Of a DNA stretch of 64,000 nucleotides, positions 1 to 15,033 are shown in pieces (position 1 is the first letter of the stretch; the number at the start of each line of letters is the position of its first letter). Position numbers and translations under genes: made by a program. The notes below the pieces were generated by a model. The model made no database searches. It was not told the DNA's origin and was given only the letters and a program-made list of their open reading frames with translations. Source of the DNA: Chrysomallon squamiferum (taxonomy: Eukaryota; Animalia; Mollusca); contig CM022678.1 in the NCBI GenBank assembly GCA_012295275.1, positions 17,484,001-17,548,000 on the forward strand. Reading direction: 5' to 3'.

Positions 1-804
1 CATTCAACAATTTTCTCAAAACTTGCTCAGTTTCATTACATACAGCTACTGAATTTCATTTTTTTTTTTTTTTTTTTTTTTTTTTTGAAATTATATTAAT
101 AGTAAAATTAACCCCTATGTCAATGACATGAATGTTAAAGTGCTATTATTTTTATATTTTTGTTTTAACCTTTCTCACAACTTATTTAATGTACCATTTG
201 TGCTATACGTTTGACATTTGCTGTATGTATATTACTTTGTTCTTCACCAAGTCTTTACTATATCACCTTTTCTGGGGTTTTTTACCCATTTTGATTTATT
301 ATCTTACTATTCAGAAATTTTTTTTTAAAAAAATAAAAAAATGGAAAAGAAAAAGATATTAACTGTAATAAAGGTTAACAAGCTATACCTTGTTATTTCA
401 GTAACGTTCACAAAAATTCTGACATAATAATAATAATAATAAAATATGTGACAGTCACTTGTGACTCAAATGATAGCTCCTTGGGCAAGAAAGCCACTGC
501 ATCCTAACGAATCTATTCTGTTCTATTCAGTAGACTACTGACAGGGAAATAAAACGTGTAGATGCGAAAGTGTGATTCATATTTGCCAATATTTCCTTTC
601 TGAACACTACTGTTCATGCTGTTTGCAACATCTCGAATAAAAGCTTTTACTTATTTATCAATACAATAAACAACTTTTAAGATGTGATATTTTCAGTTTC
701 CAGAAACAATAAATGAATGATAAATTAAATATGATTCCAAATTGAAAAACAAAAACAAAACATATTTAGTATTTACTAATTTAGCAGCAGATAAGTTTAC
801 TTTG

Positions 805-1037
805 AAACATATAAGCAATGCAACATAATATTACCATAGCAAATATAAAATTGATAATTTAAACATAAGCAATGCAACATAATATTACCATAGCAAATAT
901 AAAATTAATAATTTAAACATATAAACAAAGCAACATAATATCACTATCAGTATAGGAAACACAAAACTGATAATTTAAACATATAAGCAAAGCAACATAA
1001 TATTATTATAGCAAACATAAAATTGATAATTTAAACA
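805..1037. repeat. ~55-58 bp tandem repeat, ~4 copies
   Basis: Unit AAACATATAAGCAATGCAACATAATATTACCATAGCAAATATAAAATTGATAATTT repeated with small variations. Confidence 0.85.
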
Positions 1038-1934
1038 TCCTCATTACCTCCTCCGACTAGTCTGACGTTTGCACGACCAAACCAGACAGCTCGTGAAAAG
1101 GTTTGTTCTAAATATAGGATAAAATCACGTGATAAAAATACTATAGTAATCAAACGCAGAAGAGTCCATTTGAATTGTAATCGGATGTTTCGACCCAATG
1201 GCAAATTCGCCCCTAGTCAGTTCGATCCCATTTTGTATTGTTCGCTTCATTATGTTTAGAAATAGTAAAATACACAAATTACGGAAACAAAAATAATTAG
1301 GAAATGACCCATTTTTCGAGGCTAGGAAATAAAGACTCTTGTGGTTGTTATGACTAGCTGAATACGAAACATTAATGCTCAGTGTTTAACGCCAAATATA
1401 ATCCAAAATAGAAATTAATGAAGAAGAAGAAATTCCTTTACACGAATATATTTCTTTTTTTAATAATTCTTATTCGATGGAAAGTAATAACATCAGGAGA
1501 ATCTTTCTCTCTTTATTTTTAATTTTCTTAAAGCTAGAGAAACTCACTCACTTTGTGTATGATATGAAATTAAAATTAATTATTTTAATTATTTAATCAG
1601 TCAAGAAACGACTAAAATCTGAATACAGTTTATAAATGGAAGAATAGTTTTTATGGCATTAAGCTTATTAGTTGGTCTGCATTTTTTATTATTTATTTAT
1701 TTATTTATTTATTTGTTTATGCATTGGTGCTTGAAACAGTGGAGGAAATCAAAGAACCGACCATCCGACCACGAGATATTGATGTTGTTATTCGATATAT
1801 TTTCCGGTTCAGTTTTATTTCCGTCATTCAAGCGATATTTTATCTATGTTAGTGATATGGGCGACATGTAGCTTTTTAATCTGATGTATATGACTTTTAC
1901 TTTATTCTGCTTTCACAATGTTTTGGTTTGACAG

Positions 1935-1974
1935 GAAATCAAAAGATCTGTTCTGAACTTGTACAAATTGTAAG
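1935..1974 (+). other. Candidate 5' UTR exon of the MS4A-like gene
   Basis: Flanked by TTTGACAG| acceptor and AAG|GTAAAT donor; an ETS-like TTTCCGGTT lies upstream near 1801. No transcript support. Confidence 0.35.
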
Positions 1975-2407
1975 GTAAATTAAGATGATTTAATACTTAC
2001 CTAACTAACTATGATGAATTTATCAGCGTTACATCAGTCTGTAAAATGTGGAAATTAATACTGAATATAGAATACATATATTATATAGTTAATTAAAACA
2101 ATGATAATATATAAAACATTTTTTTTTTAAATATAAAATAATTATATATATATATAAATTACAAATTACAACCAAAACCGGAACCGTTTCAAAAGCATTA
2201 CACTTACAGTTTGAAAAGACAGTAGTCTTTTGGCCTAAATACTTATTATTAATATTAACCTAGTTTAAAAAAAAAAATCTTATACCTCCTTATGCATCAC
2301 TGGACTTAAACTGACAATAAAAAAAAATAGTGTTTTTGTTTTTATAATTTTTATGTGTTTGGTACTTAAAGCATTTTGTCACACATCATTGATTTCAGAT
2401 CTGCTGA

Positions 2408-3529
2408 ATGAAAATGCAGATACAGTACGAGGCTATGGCAGATGAGATCACCTCAGACGAACTGCGGCCAAGCATGTATTACCAGCCTGCCAACTACATC
2501 AGCGCATCTCAGCGACTGCCGACTACCATCGGTATCGTTCAGATCATCTGCGGATTTATAACAACATTTTTAGGTAATTAAAGCTAAATTTAATAATATA
2601 TTTACTATTTTAACAAAAATTTTAAAATAGTAATAATAAATAAATAAATAAATAAATAAATAAGAAACCAAAAACCCCCAAATAAATGTATTTCGTGATG
2701 TTAGAGAAAAATATTGTTAACTGAACTATACAATTTTTGTTTTTCATCTCGCCTTTTTTTTTTTTTTTTTCAGTTGTTTTTCTAGTCCTATGCTGTGTGA
2801 ATTTTTTTATAAATTGCTCTGGTTTAGTGATAAAATTAAATATTATATTAATCTTTATGGAATTAAAATGTTGCTTAATTTAATCAGTTTAGAATTCTGC
2901 AAATGTATTAATTTGTGAAATTATTGTTTACTGGCATTTCTTTTTATAATTTTAAGCTGACCAAGATTAACATAAGATTAAAATAACTTAAAATTTAAAA
3001 TCTTACATTCAGTAGTACAAAAAGTAGTAGTAATATTCAAAACAATAAAACATACATTTCTGAAAGTGGAAACTATTTTCATGCATATTTTATTTTAGAA
3101 TAGATGGAATAAAATTATTATTACTACTTTTATGCCCTACATAAATTTATTTTAATCATTTTTTAATTTTTTTTTTTTTTTTATAAACTTTTGCATATTG
3201 TTTTAATTTTAAATGCATTTTATTTTAGGAATATTGGAAGTTATTCTTCTTCCAATGATGGAGAATATATCTGACAGCAACGTGATACATTTTACTAGAA
3301 CAAACTGCTATGGTATGGGAATACTGGCAGGAATATTTGTAAGTTTTGACCATTTTGAAATACATTTAAATCTAGATATGTACATCTCTCTCTCTCTCTC
3401 TCTGAATCATGGGGATGTGCTGTATTCAGAGTTGTTATTTTAAAAGGTCTGCTAGTTTTACTGATTATAGAAACAAATATTTTTCCATGTTCCCTCCTGA
3501 TAAGTGATTTTTTTAATGGTTGCTGTATA

Positions 3530-3569
<40 letters not shown>

Positions 3570-3763
3570 TGTCTGTCTGTCTGTGTGAGAGTGTGGAGTT
3601 AACTAAGACATGTGTTAACTAATCACAGCATACTCGAACACAAGGGTTTGTTATCAGCAAGTTTTTTTTAATGAAAATAATTGTTATCTAAGATGACTGA
3701 TTACCTCCATGATGCAGCAGTTTGCATTCTCCTGCTTGCTGTGACCAAGCATTTTATTCTATC

Positions 3764-3799
<36 letters not shown>

Positions 3800-6770
3800 C
3801 AAGCACAGAATAAGCAGTAAATTAAATAAATCAATAAGATATATACAAATACATTTAGGCCATGTATATATGTGTGTAAATACTAATGATGATGATGTTG
3901 ATGACAGGAATAACAATAGCAACAACAACGACAAAACAAATAACAATTATAATTGTAATAGTAACAGCAACAGTCAAAATAATAACTAATAATGATAATG
4001 ATGATGATGATGATGATGATGATTATAGTGATAATATTTGATAGGCCTTAGGGTTGTAATTATGTGCTTGTGTCAGACATCTGAACTTGAACTATCATAT
4101 GAACTTTATTAAATATAGAAAAATTGGCAAGATGTTGTACAAAAATATATTAAATATTTTAAAATTCTATTGAAAGTCTGTGTACTGTATTTACAGGCGT
4201 GTGTGTGTATTTGAGTAGTTTGTTGCATTCAGTCCACCTACAGTATCTTACTTTCACTGAACTTCGTGATTTACCTAATTCTGCATGTTTGATGATGACA
4301 GAGCTGTGAATGATTTGATGATGACAGAGCTGTGAATGATTTGATGATGACAGAGCTGTGAATGATTTGTTGATGACAGAGCTGTGAATGATTTGATGAT
4401 GACAGAGCTGTGAATGATTTGTTGATTACAGAGCTGTGAATGATTTGATGATGACAGAGCTGTGAATGATTTGATGATGACAGAGCTGTGAATGATTTGA
4501 TGATGACAGAGCTGTGAATGATTTGTTGATTACAGAGCTGTGAATGATTTGATGATGACAGAGCTGTGAATGATTTGATGATGACAGAGCTGTGAATGAT
4601 TTGTTGATTACAGAGCTGTGAATGATTTGATGACGACAGAGCTGTGAATGATTTGTTGATTACAGAGCTGTGAATGATTTGTTGATTACAGAGCTGTGAA
4701 TGATTTGATGATGACGGAGCTGTGAATGATTTGATGTTGTTTGTAATTTCAGATGGTTATAACTGGAAGTGCTGCAGCCAGGGCTAGTATAAGTAGACGG
4801 AAAACCTCGGTGAGTGTTCATCTGTCTGTACCACCGTGTTTTACACAAAACAGACACATTATACAGATGTTTTACATAAAACAGACACATTATACATATG
4901 TTTTACATAAAACAGACACATTATACAGATGTTTTACATAAAACAGACACATTATACCAGATGTTTTACATAAAACATTCACATTATACCAGATGTTTTA
5001 CATAAAACATTCACAAGCAGATGTTTTACACAAAACAGACACATTGTACAGATGTTTTACACAAAACAGACACATTATACAGATGTTTTACACAAAACAG
5101 ACACATTATACAGATGTTTTACACAAAACAGACACATTATACAGATGTTTTACATAAAACAGACACATTATACATATGTTTTACATAAAACGGACACATT
5201 ATACAGATGTTTTACATAAAACAGGCACAATGTACAGATGTTATACATAAAACAGACACATCGTACAGATGTTATACATAAAACAGACACATCAAACAGA
5301 TGTTTTACATAAAACAGACATATTATACAAACATTCCTTCGACTAAACAGAAAATGGAATAACTTCATAATTAATACATTCCTCTTAATACTTACCTATA
5401 CACATATATATTTCCATAACACATATATATTTCCATAACACACACACACACACACACACACATTCATGCACACATACATGTTTGAACTATCAATTTTATG
5501 TTTTCTATAGTAATATTATATTGCATTGCTTATATATTTCTAAGTCAATATTTATATGCACCTTTTGTTTTTGTTTTTCAATTTGGTATGCATATTTCAT
5601 TTATCATTCTTTTATTATTTCTGGGAACGCCCATATATGTATGTACATGAATACTGTACATACACATCATACAGACACACACACATACATGTATACACAT
5701 GCTCCCACACACACACACACACACAGATAGACACACCCAAAAACGGTCCACACTCAATAAGTACACACACTAAAAGCATGACTGTATCATTAATGTATAT
5801 TTGCAGTTTCAGTATTCTCTTTTATTTATTTATTCATTCATTCATCTATTTCTTGCATTATTTTTATTATTGTTGATTTATTTTTCATTATTATTATTTT
5901 TTGTATTTTTTTTCAGGTTATAAAATTTTACAACATGACAATAGTCACATTCCTCTTGTATTTAGCAATCACGATTTTTCTCATTGTTGCTTATGGTCTC
6001 GGTTGGACAGTTCAGAGTGCATATCCTGTAAGTATTATATTAATTTTTAGTAACCTTGCACTTGAAATCATTGTTAAAACACTTTCTGGTGTTATTAAAT
6101 TATATCAGATATTCATATTTCTAACGTCCAACACTCATTTACATACATTATATGAGGGTAAAGATACGTAGAATTGAATAGTGGTAATTGTGTAAAAATC
6201 TAAGTTGATTTGACTGTTTCAATCTGAATATTTAGTATTACAAATGTATGTTGTTGTTGTTGTTGTTGTTGATATGACTTACTTCTTGATCCAGTGAGTG
6301 GGGGTCATGATTGTTTAAAAAAACACAAAAAACACCTGAAAACTATAATTTAATAATAAACACATTATTCGTAGTATAACAGAGTATAAATTTATAACCA
6401 CAACCCCATGGGTTACAGAATTAGCAGTACGGGATCTTTTATTTATACCTTCCCATAAACACAATATAATATATAAAATGATACCTTTGATGAGCCAGTC
6501 ATATAGTAATGAGAGTTAAGAGTGTATTGTTTTATAGAATGACAATGCTGTATGTCTGTTAGTGTATCTGTTCCTATCAGTACCAGTCTCTATTGTCTGT
6601 CTGTGTGTCAGTCTACAAACACCTTTTCTATCTCTGACCTCTCCATCTGATTGTCTCTTTATCTGTCTGTCTGTCTGTCTGATTTATCTCTCTAGCTAGT
6701 TATCTGTGTGTTGGTATGTATGTATCTATCAGTGTTATTCTGATTGTTTTTCTTTTCCTTGTTTGTTGTA

Positions 6771-6855
<85 letters not shown>

Positions 6856-6943
6856 ATTTGTATATGTGTATGTATATGTATATATGTTTATATATACATA
6901 TATGTGTGTGTGTACACCAACCCACCCTCATAATATATTTTGA

Positions 6944-6974
<31 letters not shown>

Positions 6975-9354
6975 TTTTTTTTTTTTTTTTTTCAATGTTT
7001 AAAATATTTTATTCTCTTTTTAATTTATATATTTATTTTGTTTTTCAATATATATTTTTTTTTATTTAATTTATTTATATATTTATGTTTTTTTAATGTT
7101 TTTCAGGTAGGAAGTCGTTTACACAGTGTTCACATGTTTGTTGTTATATTCACTGTACTTGGGATGCTATTTACGTCCACTGCGCTGGTCAAATATTATG
7201 ATGTGGTTTTCAGAGGTGAAGTCCAGCTTGGACATCAGTGGCTGGAATGTTGTCCTTGCACCTGTACACAGGTAAAAAAAATATTTAAATACTTTCTTCT
7301 GGTTTTGTTTTTTTGCATGATCTGGTATATTTATTAGTTTTGAGTGTGTCTGTTTAATTCTTAATTTTTTTTTTTTTTAATACAACAAAGTTTAATTCTT
7401 CACAATTTCAAGAAAACTGTTTGATCAATATGTATTTATCTATTTTACTTATTATTATTTTTGAAATTATTTTTGTTATTTCTATATTAAACATTTTTTT
7501 ATTTTTTTTATAACCTACATATTTTTTTTTTTTTTACATAATAAAAACGTGGAAATAATGTTTAGAAATATTAAAAAGGATTATTATCAATTTTATTTGA
7601 ATTATCCATTTTACTAGAATTTTTAAAGTTAAATTTGTCTTTTGAAAACAGAAAACCGAAGACACTTGTAACATTTATGCATGATTGATTAGGGCAGGAC
7701 CGTTTGTGTGAGATTTTCAAAATTAAACTTTACATTTTTTGGAACTAACTCAGTTTAATTCATAATCAGCAGCTTCTTCTCATCATATGTCATTGCTTTT
7801 AGACTATTCTTACATTTTGTTACTAGCAGTGTACATTTTCTGAAACTACTACATCAGCTTCACTAACAACTACAATGTTATAATGATATTTTCTTAATAA
7901 TGTTTAATGATAATAATAAGAAGAAGAAAATAATCAGAAAAATTATAAATATAAGATACTGCTACTACTACTAATAATAAAAATAATAATAAATTAATAC
8001 ATTTGTACTGAATATATTCGGTATCAGAATTTTGTTATTTTAGCTGTATAAATGTAGTTTGTATTATGATGATATCAAACAACAACAATATTAGTGTATG
8101 TAATAGATATGTAAATGATATAAATATAATTATCTGTTTTTGACCTGTATTTTAAATTCACAATAAATCTATGTATAATAATAAATTAGTACTCTATATA
8201 TATATATACATGTACACATTAGTCATTCATTAATTTCTGTAAAACATATTATAATAATAGTAATGAAAATGATGATAATGAGAATGTTGATGAAGACAAC
8301 AATAATGATAACAGTAGCTTTAGCAATGATAACAACAACAATAATTCCCATAGTAAATACAACTGGCAGCAAAATTGAAAGTAAAAATTTAAATAAGCTG
8401 CAATGATAATAGTAATAATAATAATAGTAAACGTAATAATACTTTTTATGCTTGTTAAAACAAGGAATACCAGAAAGTCATTTACTTTTGCTATTTGTTT
8501 TCACTAACACTTTCATCATTAGAAGCAAATAACAACATATACTAAAAAGAGTTTCCACTTCCACATTTTTTAAAAAACAGTTATAAAATGATTGGATAAA
8601 GTGGATGATAATATATATATTTTTATTTTTTATTATTATTTTTATTATTTTTTCCTGTTCTCTAATTATGAAATAAATAAATAAAGATAATATGTTATTT
8701 AATTGTGTACGTGTGCAGTGAAATAAATAATATTATACAAATCTGTACATGGAAATAACTGAATAATCATTTCATTAACTGTGAGTGCATATGTAAAGTA
8801 CATCCATACATATGTATATATGTACACAGATACATACATACATGTATGTACATATACACACATACATACACAAATATTTGCATATGTACATACATACATA
8901 CATTTTTATTGACATACATACATTCATAAATATATATACATATATATATATACATACATACATAAACACACACACACGTATATACGTATGTACATACACA
9001 CACACATATATACACATATTTACACACATACACACACATATAAACAACAAACACAGAAATATTTGCATATGTACATACATACATTCATATATTTATATAC
9101 ATATACATACATGCATATATTTATAGAGACATACTTATATAAATTCATATATATATATTGTTTTTTTTTTTTTTTTATGTTTTAATGTCCATACATATTC
9201 AGATGCTTTAAATGCAATTAAAAAATATTTTTTTATAATTTTTTAATTTTAATTTGTTTTTTTACATAAATGTTTTTTTTTGTTTCAGTATCCAAAATCA
9301 GGATCTCTGTCAGCATCGTCTGGTTTGTCCACATCTCCCAGCCTGCTGATCTGA
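2408..9354 (+). CDS. MS4A/CD20-like four-transmembrane protein, ~224 aa, 6 coding exons
   Basis: Exons 2408-2573, 3229-3338, 4753-4809, 5917-6027, 7107-7271, 9289-9354; all GT-AG with matching phases (675 nt, ends in TGA). Four hydrophobic segments: IGIVQIICGFITTFLGILEVILL, GMGILAGIFMVITGSAA, IVTFLLYLAITIFLIVAYGLGW, MFVVIFTVLGMLFTSTALV. The GxxQIxxG TM1 and GIxxGxFxxITG TM2 patterns are MS4A/CD20-like; a Cys cluster (CCPCTC) follows TM4. Confidence 0.8.
4290..4740. repeat. 26-bp minisatellite, ~17 copies, intronic
   Basis: Unit GATGACAGAGCTGTGAATGATTTGAT (variant GATTACAGAG...TTTGTT); ends just upstream of the acceptor at 4751-4752. Confidence 0.95.
4837..5330. repeat. 31-bp minisatellite, ~16 copies, intronic
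   Basis: Unit GTTTTACATAAAACAGACACATTATACAGAT; contains a small inverted repeat (TGTTTT-ACAT-AAAACA). Confidence 0.95.
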
Positions 9355-9540
9355 AATAATCAAAATAATTAATAATAATAATCTTCTAGTCTTTCTTGAG
9401 AAGGATAATAAGAATCTTCATTTTCTTTTTTCTTCTTCTTTTTTTCAATTTTTTTAAAATAATTTTGAAAATTTTTTATTTCTCTGCAGGCACATATTAT
9501 TATTATTTTACTATTATTATTATTTTTTTTTTTACTGTTA

Positions 9541-9583
<43 letters not shown>

Positions 9584-10457
9584 TACTAGTAGTACTAGTA
9601 TAAAACTTGTAGTTATTTATACTTTTCGTTTTTAAAAATTTGTTTTTTGATATTAAATGGAAACTGGTTGTTTGTTATGTTAGTAAGGAAGGGAGACAAA
9701 TATGCAATACGTGTGTTACAAGGTTATGAGTGAAAATGTTATTTCAAGACACAGTTATTTCAAAACATCTAGATTTCAGTGATTTCAAATTGTGTATAAT
9801 TGTTGGAAGTGCTTTAAAAAAGGAAAAAAAAAGAAGAAGAAACGAACATGTATTCATGTCATTTGACAATGTGTAGATTTGTTTAGAAGGGAGATAACTT
9901 TTTCAGAAAGGAAGTGAAGTAGATGCAAAAAGTGCAAGACATCTCAATGCATCAGAATATGCTAATGAGACAATAATAACAGATTTTTATTTTCTTGTTT
10001 ATCTTTACTTAATATATTTTATGTGTATCTCTTTTTTTTTTCTTCATAACAATCATACTATCCACCTGATGTAAATATAGTTTCTCTATTATTTATTTAT
10101 TATTTGTTTATTATTTGTTTTTTCTTGGTGTTATTTGTTTTTGTTTATTTTTTTAAAATTCATAGAATGTTTATCAGAGTGAATTAAAAATCACTGACAG
10201 TCTCATCAGTGTAACACAGAAGGGGTGTAAATTGGTTATTTCAGTTTTTCTGTCTGTTTTGTTCATCACAGTTTAAATTTGTTTCATGTTGTCCATTCCA
10301 TAAACATAAAAAAAAAAAAAAAAAATTTTTTTTATAATCCACAAGAATTTACCATTATGATAAACAAAATCATGATGCTATCACTAATGTAACATTCAAC
10401 ATTTTCTTTGTTTAACTTTATCCTAACATGCACATCTCATGGACTCATACTTTTAAG

Positions 10458-10488
<31 letters not shown>

Positions 10489-10728
10489 AATACACACTTC
10501 ATAGACATATGCACAGAAGTACAGACATGCTTTTGTATACTACAGACATGCACATAGGTACATGAATACATGCAAACATATATAGGTTCAAACATACAGG
10601 TACTGATGTATAGAGAGGTATATAGGTTCAAACAAATGTTAACAGGTAAGTAACATGCATACATATTTTGTTATTGGATTAATTGAAAATGGAGATGTTG
10701 GGGAAGCCCTTTAATCTTATTCTTAAAA

Positions 10729-10805
<77 letters not shown>

Positions 10806-11218
10806 GAAGAATAAAAGTGAAGAAGAATAAAAGTGAGTGAGACAGTTATATAAAAGAAATAAAATGATTCTCACACAAATATTTATAAAATAACATTAAC
10901 TTTGTGTGTTTCTGATATGTTAAAGGTATGTTTATGTAAATATATGTATAAATATGATTAACTTTGTGTCAGTGACAGATTAAAAGTAGTTGTGTAACTT
11001 TTCTGTCAAACTAACCACAGTCACACACACTGATATGTTTGTGATCTTGTGACCACGTTTTTGCTTTCATTTTGAAGTGCCTCTGTGTAGATGCAAACAA
11101 AAATGTTTTTTATTTGCAGTCAAACAAAATTCTGATGTCTCTAATAAAAATTATTATTCTCTTCTCTAGTAATGTGTATTTTATTTTGTGCTAAATTAAA
11201 CTAATAATTATAGTAATT

Positions 11219-11289
<71 letters not shown>

Positions 11290-11652
11290 GAATTATGTTT
11301 TATGTTGATGTTAATATTAATTAAACTGATATCAGTTACTAAAAGTAATTAAGATAATAATGAGTGATGAACAGTTATATGTATTAAAGTATTTGAAATA
11401 AAACATTTCTTCCTTTATTTGGTCAAACAAAGTCAGTTTTTTCTCAGTTCCTAAGTTATTTTTATGACAACTCACAAAATTTATGTTTTTAAAATACATT
11501 TACGTTTTCTTCAAAGATAACGCTAATGGACGCTCATACAGACAGACAAACTTGCAGACATCCAGTAAACTACAAGCATTATCCACAATATTTTTGGCGC
11601 ACATATATACATATTAAAAGTCATAAGTCTACGCAAATACTTCCGGGTCAAT

Positions 11653-11688
<36 letters not shown>

Positions 11689-11928
11689 CTTCCCTCTCCG
11701 GGATATACATTCAGTGATGTTTAATGTGACAAGTTCATTTCCTTATATATATGTCGTTGAGATACCTTCTCATATAACTATACAACTGCATGGAGATATT
11801 GTTTTGAAACACTTCGGGTTCGAAACACGAAATGGAACGTTTTGCGGAAAGTATTATCAATTTAGCACGGCGAGACTGACAAGACAGCTACAGCTGAAAG
11901 CCAAACATATGTCTGTCTGCAAATTTTA

Positions 11929-12511
11929 ATGAAACGTCAAGGTAAGAATCAGGTTTTAGAACAAACTTTTTCTAAATAAAAAGTAGCAGTTATGGATTTT
12001 CATAGATCATTACTCGATATTTAAGAAAACAAGTTTCGTGATTTTTCAATTTTATTTTTATTATTACCCAACGTTTTAACTGCCGGTTCTATAGGTCTAT
12101 AGCATTAATATGTTTTCAAATTAATGTTATTTATGTATTTCATGATTTTGTTATTGTTATATTTAGAAAATAAAACGAAGTTTATTTGTAATGTTGCAAA
12201 ATTCAAGAGTGTTAATTTTCTTAGTTACATATATACGCGCGCGTCGTCGTTGTGTACAGTATATTAGAGTATTCAGACACATTTTATTTTTATGGATATC
12301 AAATAACAGACACTCCGTAACAAATATGACAGCTGTTTTATTACTCAGAAGCCGAATTGCTGTACTGTAAGACTCGCCAGCAATATCTGATTTTTGTGAG
12401 GTCGTGATTGGACTGAATATTGTCAGTGGGCACACTCTAATCATACTTACTTAAGATAACAGAATATTAATTCCTAAATACATACATTATATATAAATAT
12501 ACAAGTATATA

Positions 12512-12562
<51 letters not shown>

Positions 12563-14081
12563 TTGTATACAAACTCACACAACCGAATACTCGTACCTAC
12601 CAATATAGATTTATATAATAAAAGTATGTTAAAATATTAATTTATTACTTTGGTTTTTGGTGGTGTGAGGGAAATGTGAACCTCTGTGATGCGTTCCAGT
12701 ACAGTGTACTCAACAGATCATTCCGTGTGTCGTCCATACAGTCTGACGCGAATAAACAAAAACGATAAACAGTCACGTGATCATTTGTCGCCTGCGAGTG
12801 ATAAACGGAAACACAGTCATCAGTCATCTGCAAATGATAAACAGCTACATAATCATCTGTCGTCTGCAGATGATAAAGCGTCACGTAATCATTTGTCACC
12901 TGCAAATGATAAACAGCCACATAATCGTCTGTCGTCTGCATTTGAAAGAGAGAAAGACAATCATCTGTTATTTGCAAAACATGATCATCTGTTAGTTGTA
13001 ATGGATAAACGAAAACAAAAATGTTTGTCGTCTGCGTTTGATAAACAAAAATACTATTGTCAGTCGTCTGCAGTGAAGTTAACAACCCAGGGTCGTGACG
13101 TCATCCACAAGAAGACCAAAAATAAAGCACCAACAAATATTAAGGAAAGCATTTTAAGTGTATCATCTGCTGGATTTTCTATTTATGTTGACAATGGCAG
13201 TTGTCTTGATCCTAAAATTAATATCGAAGAATGTGATGACGATGTAAAACTCAATAATCTAACAAATAATAACGTGACGTGTGTAAATTCAAATTTCACT
13301 AAAAATGAAAACAATCGTAAAAGCAGTGAGACGCCGTGTTCTACATCCGGGGATATTCCCATTTGTCTTTCACACGGAGAAGAAACTCGTGGAATATCAT
13401 CTTTGTCTTTACAGCCTAAAGCGCCACCTACCGCCACAAACTCTTTAAGTGATGCAGACGTTAAAATTAAACTGAACAGTAACATGATTATAAAGACTCA
13501 TCTATCAAATACCGATTCTATTCTCAGCAGACTGGTTTCCGAAGACGTTGCTGCTGTAGTCACAGTTGCTAATGCTGCAGATTCTAAACATCCAGCAGAC
13601 GGTGTCGACGAAGTAGCAGTATTACCAGAGACGACAACGTCAAGTGAATTAACGGTTTCAAAATACCTGGTTAACGACGCTTCAGGAAAATCGCTGGTGG
13701 AAGTGAGGCATCATGGTTCGTGTGTTACCCAGGGAAACTTTGATTCTTTAGAGAGTGCTCGCGTACCTGCGATAAAATCTAACGAGAGAAGTGTCAGTAA
13801 TCAAAACGAGGTGATAGAAATACGAGAAAACGATCGTACAGAACGACGAGAATCTTGTGAAAAGACGGATGCAGACAAACTGACTGAACCGGTTGTAAAT
13901 GTTTACGACGAGCACAGCGCTGACGTAGACACTGTAGCTGCGGATGAAAAACTAAGTTTCGAAGGGCCGATAATCCAGTAAGATTATTTAGCACGTTTGA
14001 ATAATAGTCGAGAAATGTTGTTTTTGTTGTTGTTGTTGTTGTTATTATTATCATTACTTTTATTATTATTATTATTATTAT

Positions 14082-14119
<38 letters not shown>

Positions 14120-14631
14120 TTTGTTGTTGTTGATGTTTTTTCACAGTCTCTTTTCAGTAATTTAAAAATATGAGAGCTATTTTTAGATAAACTGATTAGA
14201 AGAGTGTTAGATGCATGACAGTAATGGAACCATCGATCACAATGTATTCATAGAGTTATTTCCCCTGTTTGCCATTGCGTCAGAGTACATTGCTGTTTAT
14301 GGGAAAGTGCAAAAGAATATTATATTAAATAGCTATCGAGTTGTTGTTTTTTCTTTTTTCTTTCATTTAAATTCAACAAATAAATAAATAAATAAATAAA
14401 AATAACTTCGATAGGCAGAGTAGAGCATGGCTAAACTTGTTAACTATACCCAGTCTGGTAGGACTTTTTTGTTATAATCGTTCTAATTGTTGTTTTAGTT
14501 TATTTGTAACTTTGCTCGTTATCAAACAAAGTTACAGCAAAATTGAAATTATTAGTTTCCATGCAAGTTTATTATTTTGTAAACTTTTACGATTAGTAAA
14601 ACATCGGTTGCTAGAAACAAATATCCGTCAA

Positions 14632-14707
<76 letters not shown>

Positions 14708-14958
14708 GTTATTGTTATTGTTATTATTATGCACTGACGTCATTCTTCTGTTTGGTTTTTAAAATCTGTTTCTCTCATGATAACAGCTTGGGGGAGGACA
14801 GCAGCAGAAACGTGGATTATCTGCACGTGCTTTGGGTGGACGAGGAGTCGGAAGTCGTCTGCAAGGAAGACAAACGTGAAAACTCCATTCGTCAAATCAC
14901 CAAACGTGAACGTGATCGTCTAAAGAAACGCGTGATGCGGGCGAACCCTGAATATAGG

Positions 14959-15033
<75 letters not shown>

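Noticed and set aside
12645-13485. Minus-strand ORFs of 146 and 100 aa
   Set aside because: Antisense to the large exon of gene 2 and explained by its 36-bp repeat and codon structure.
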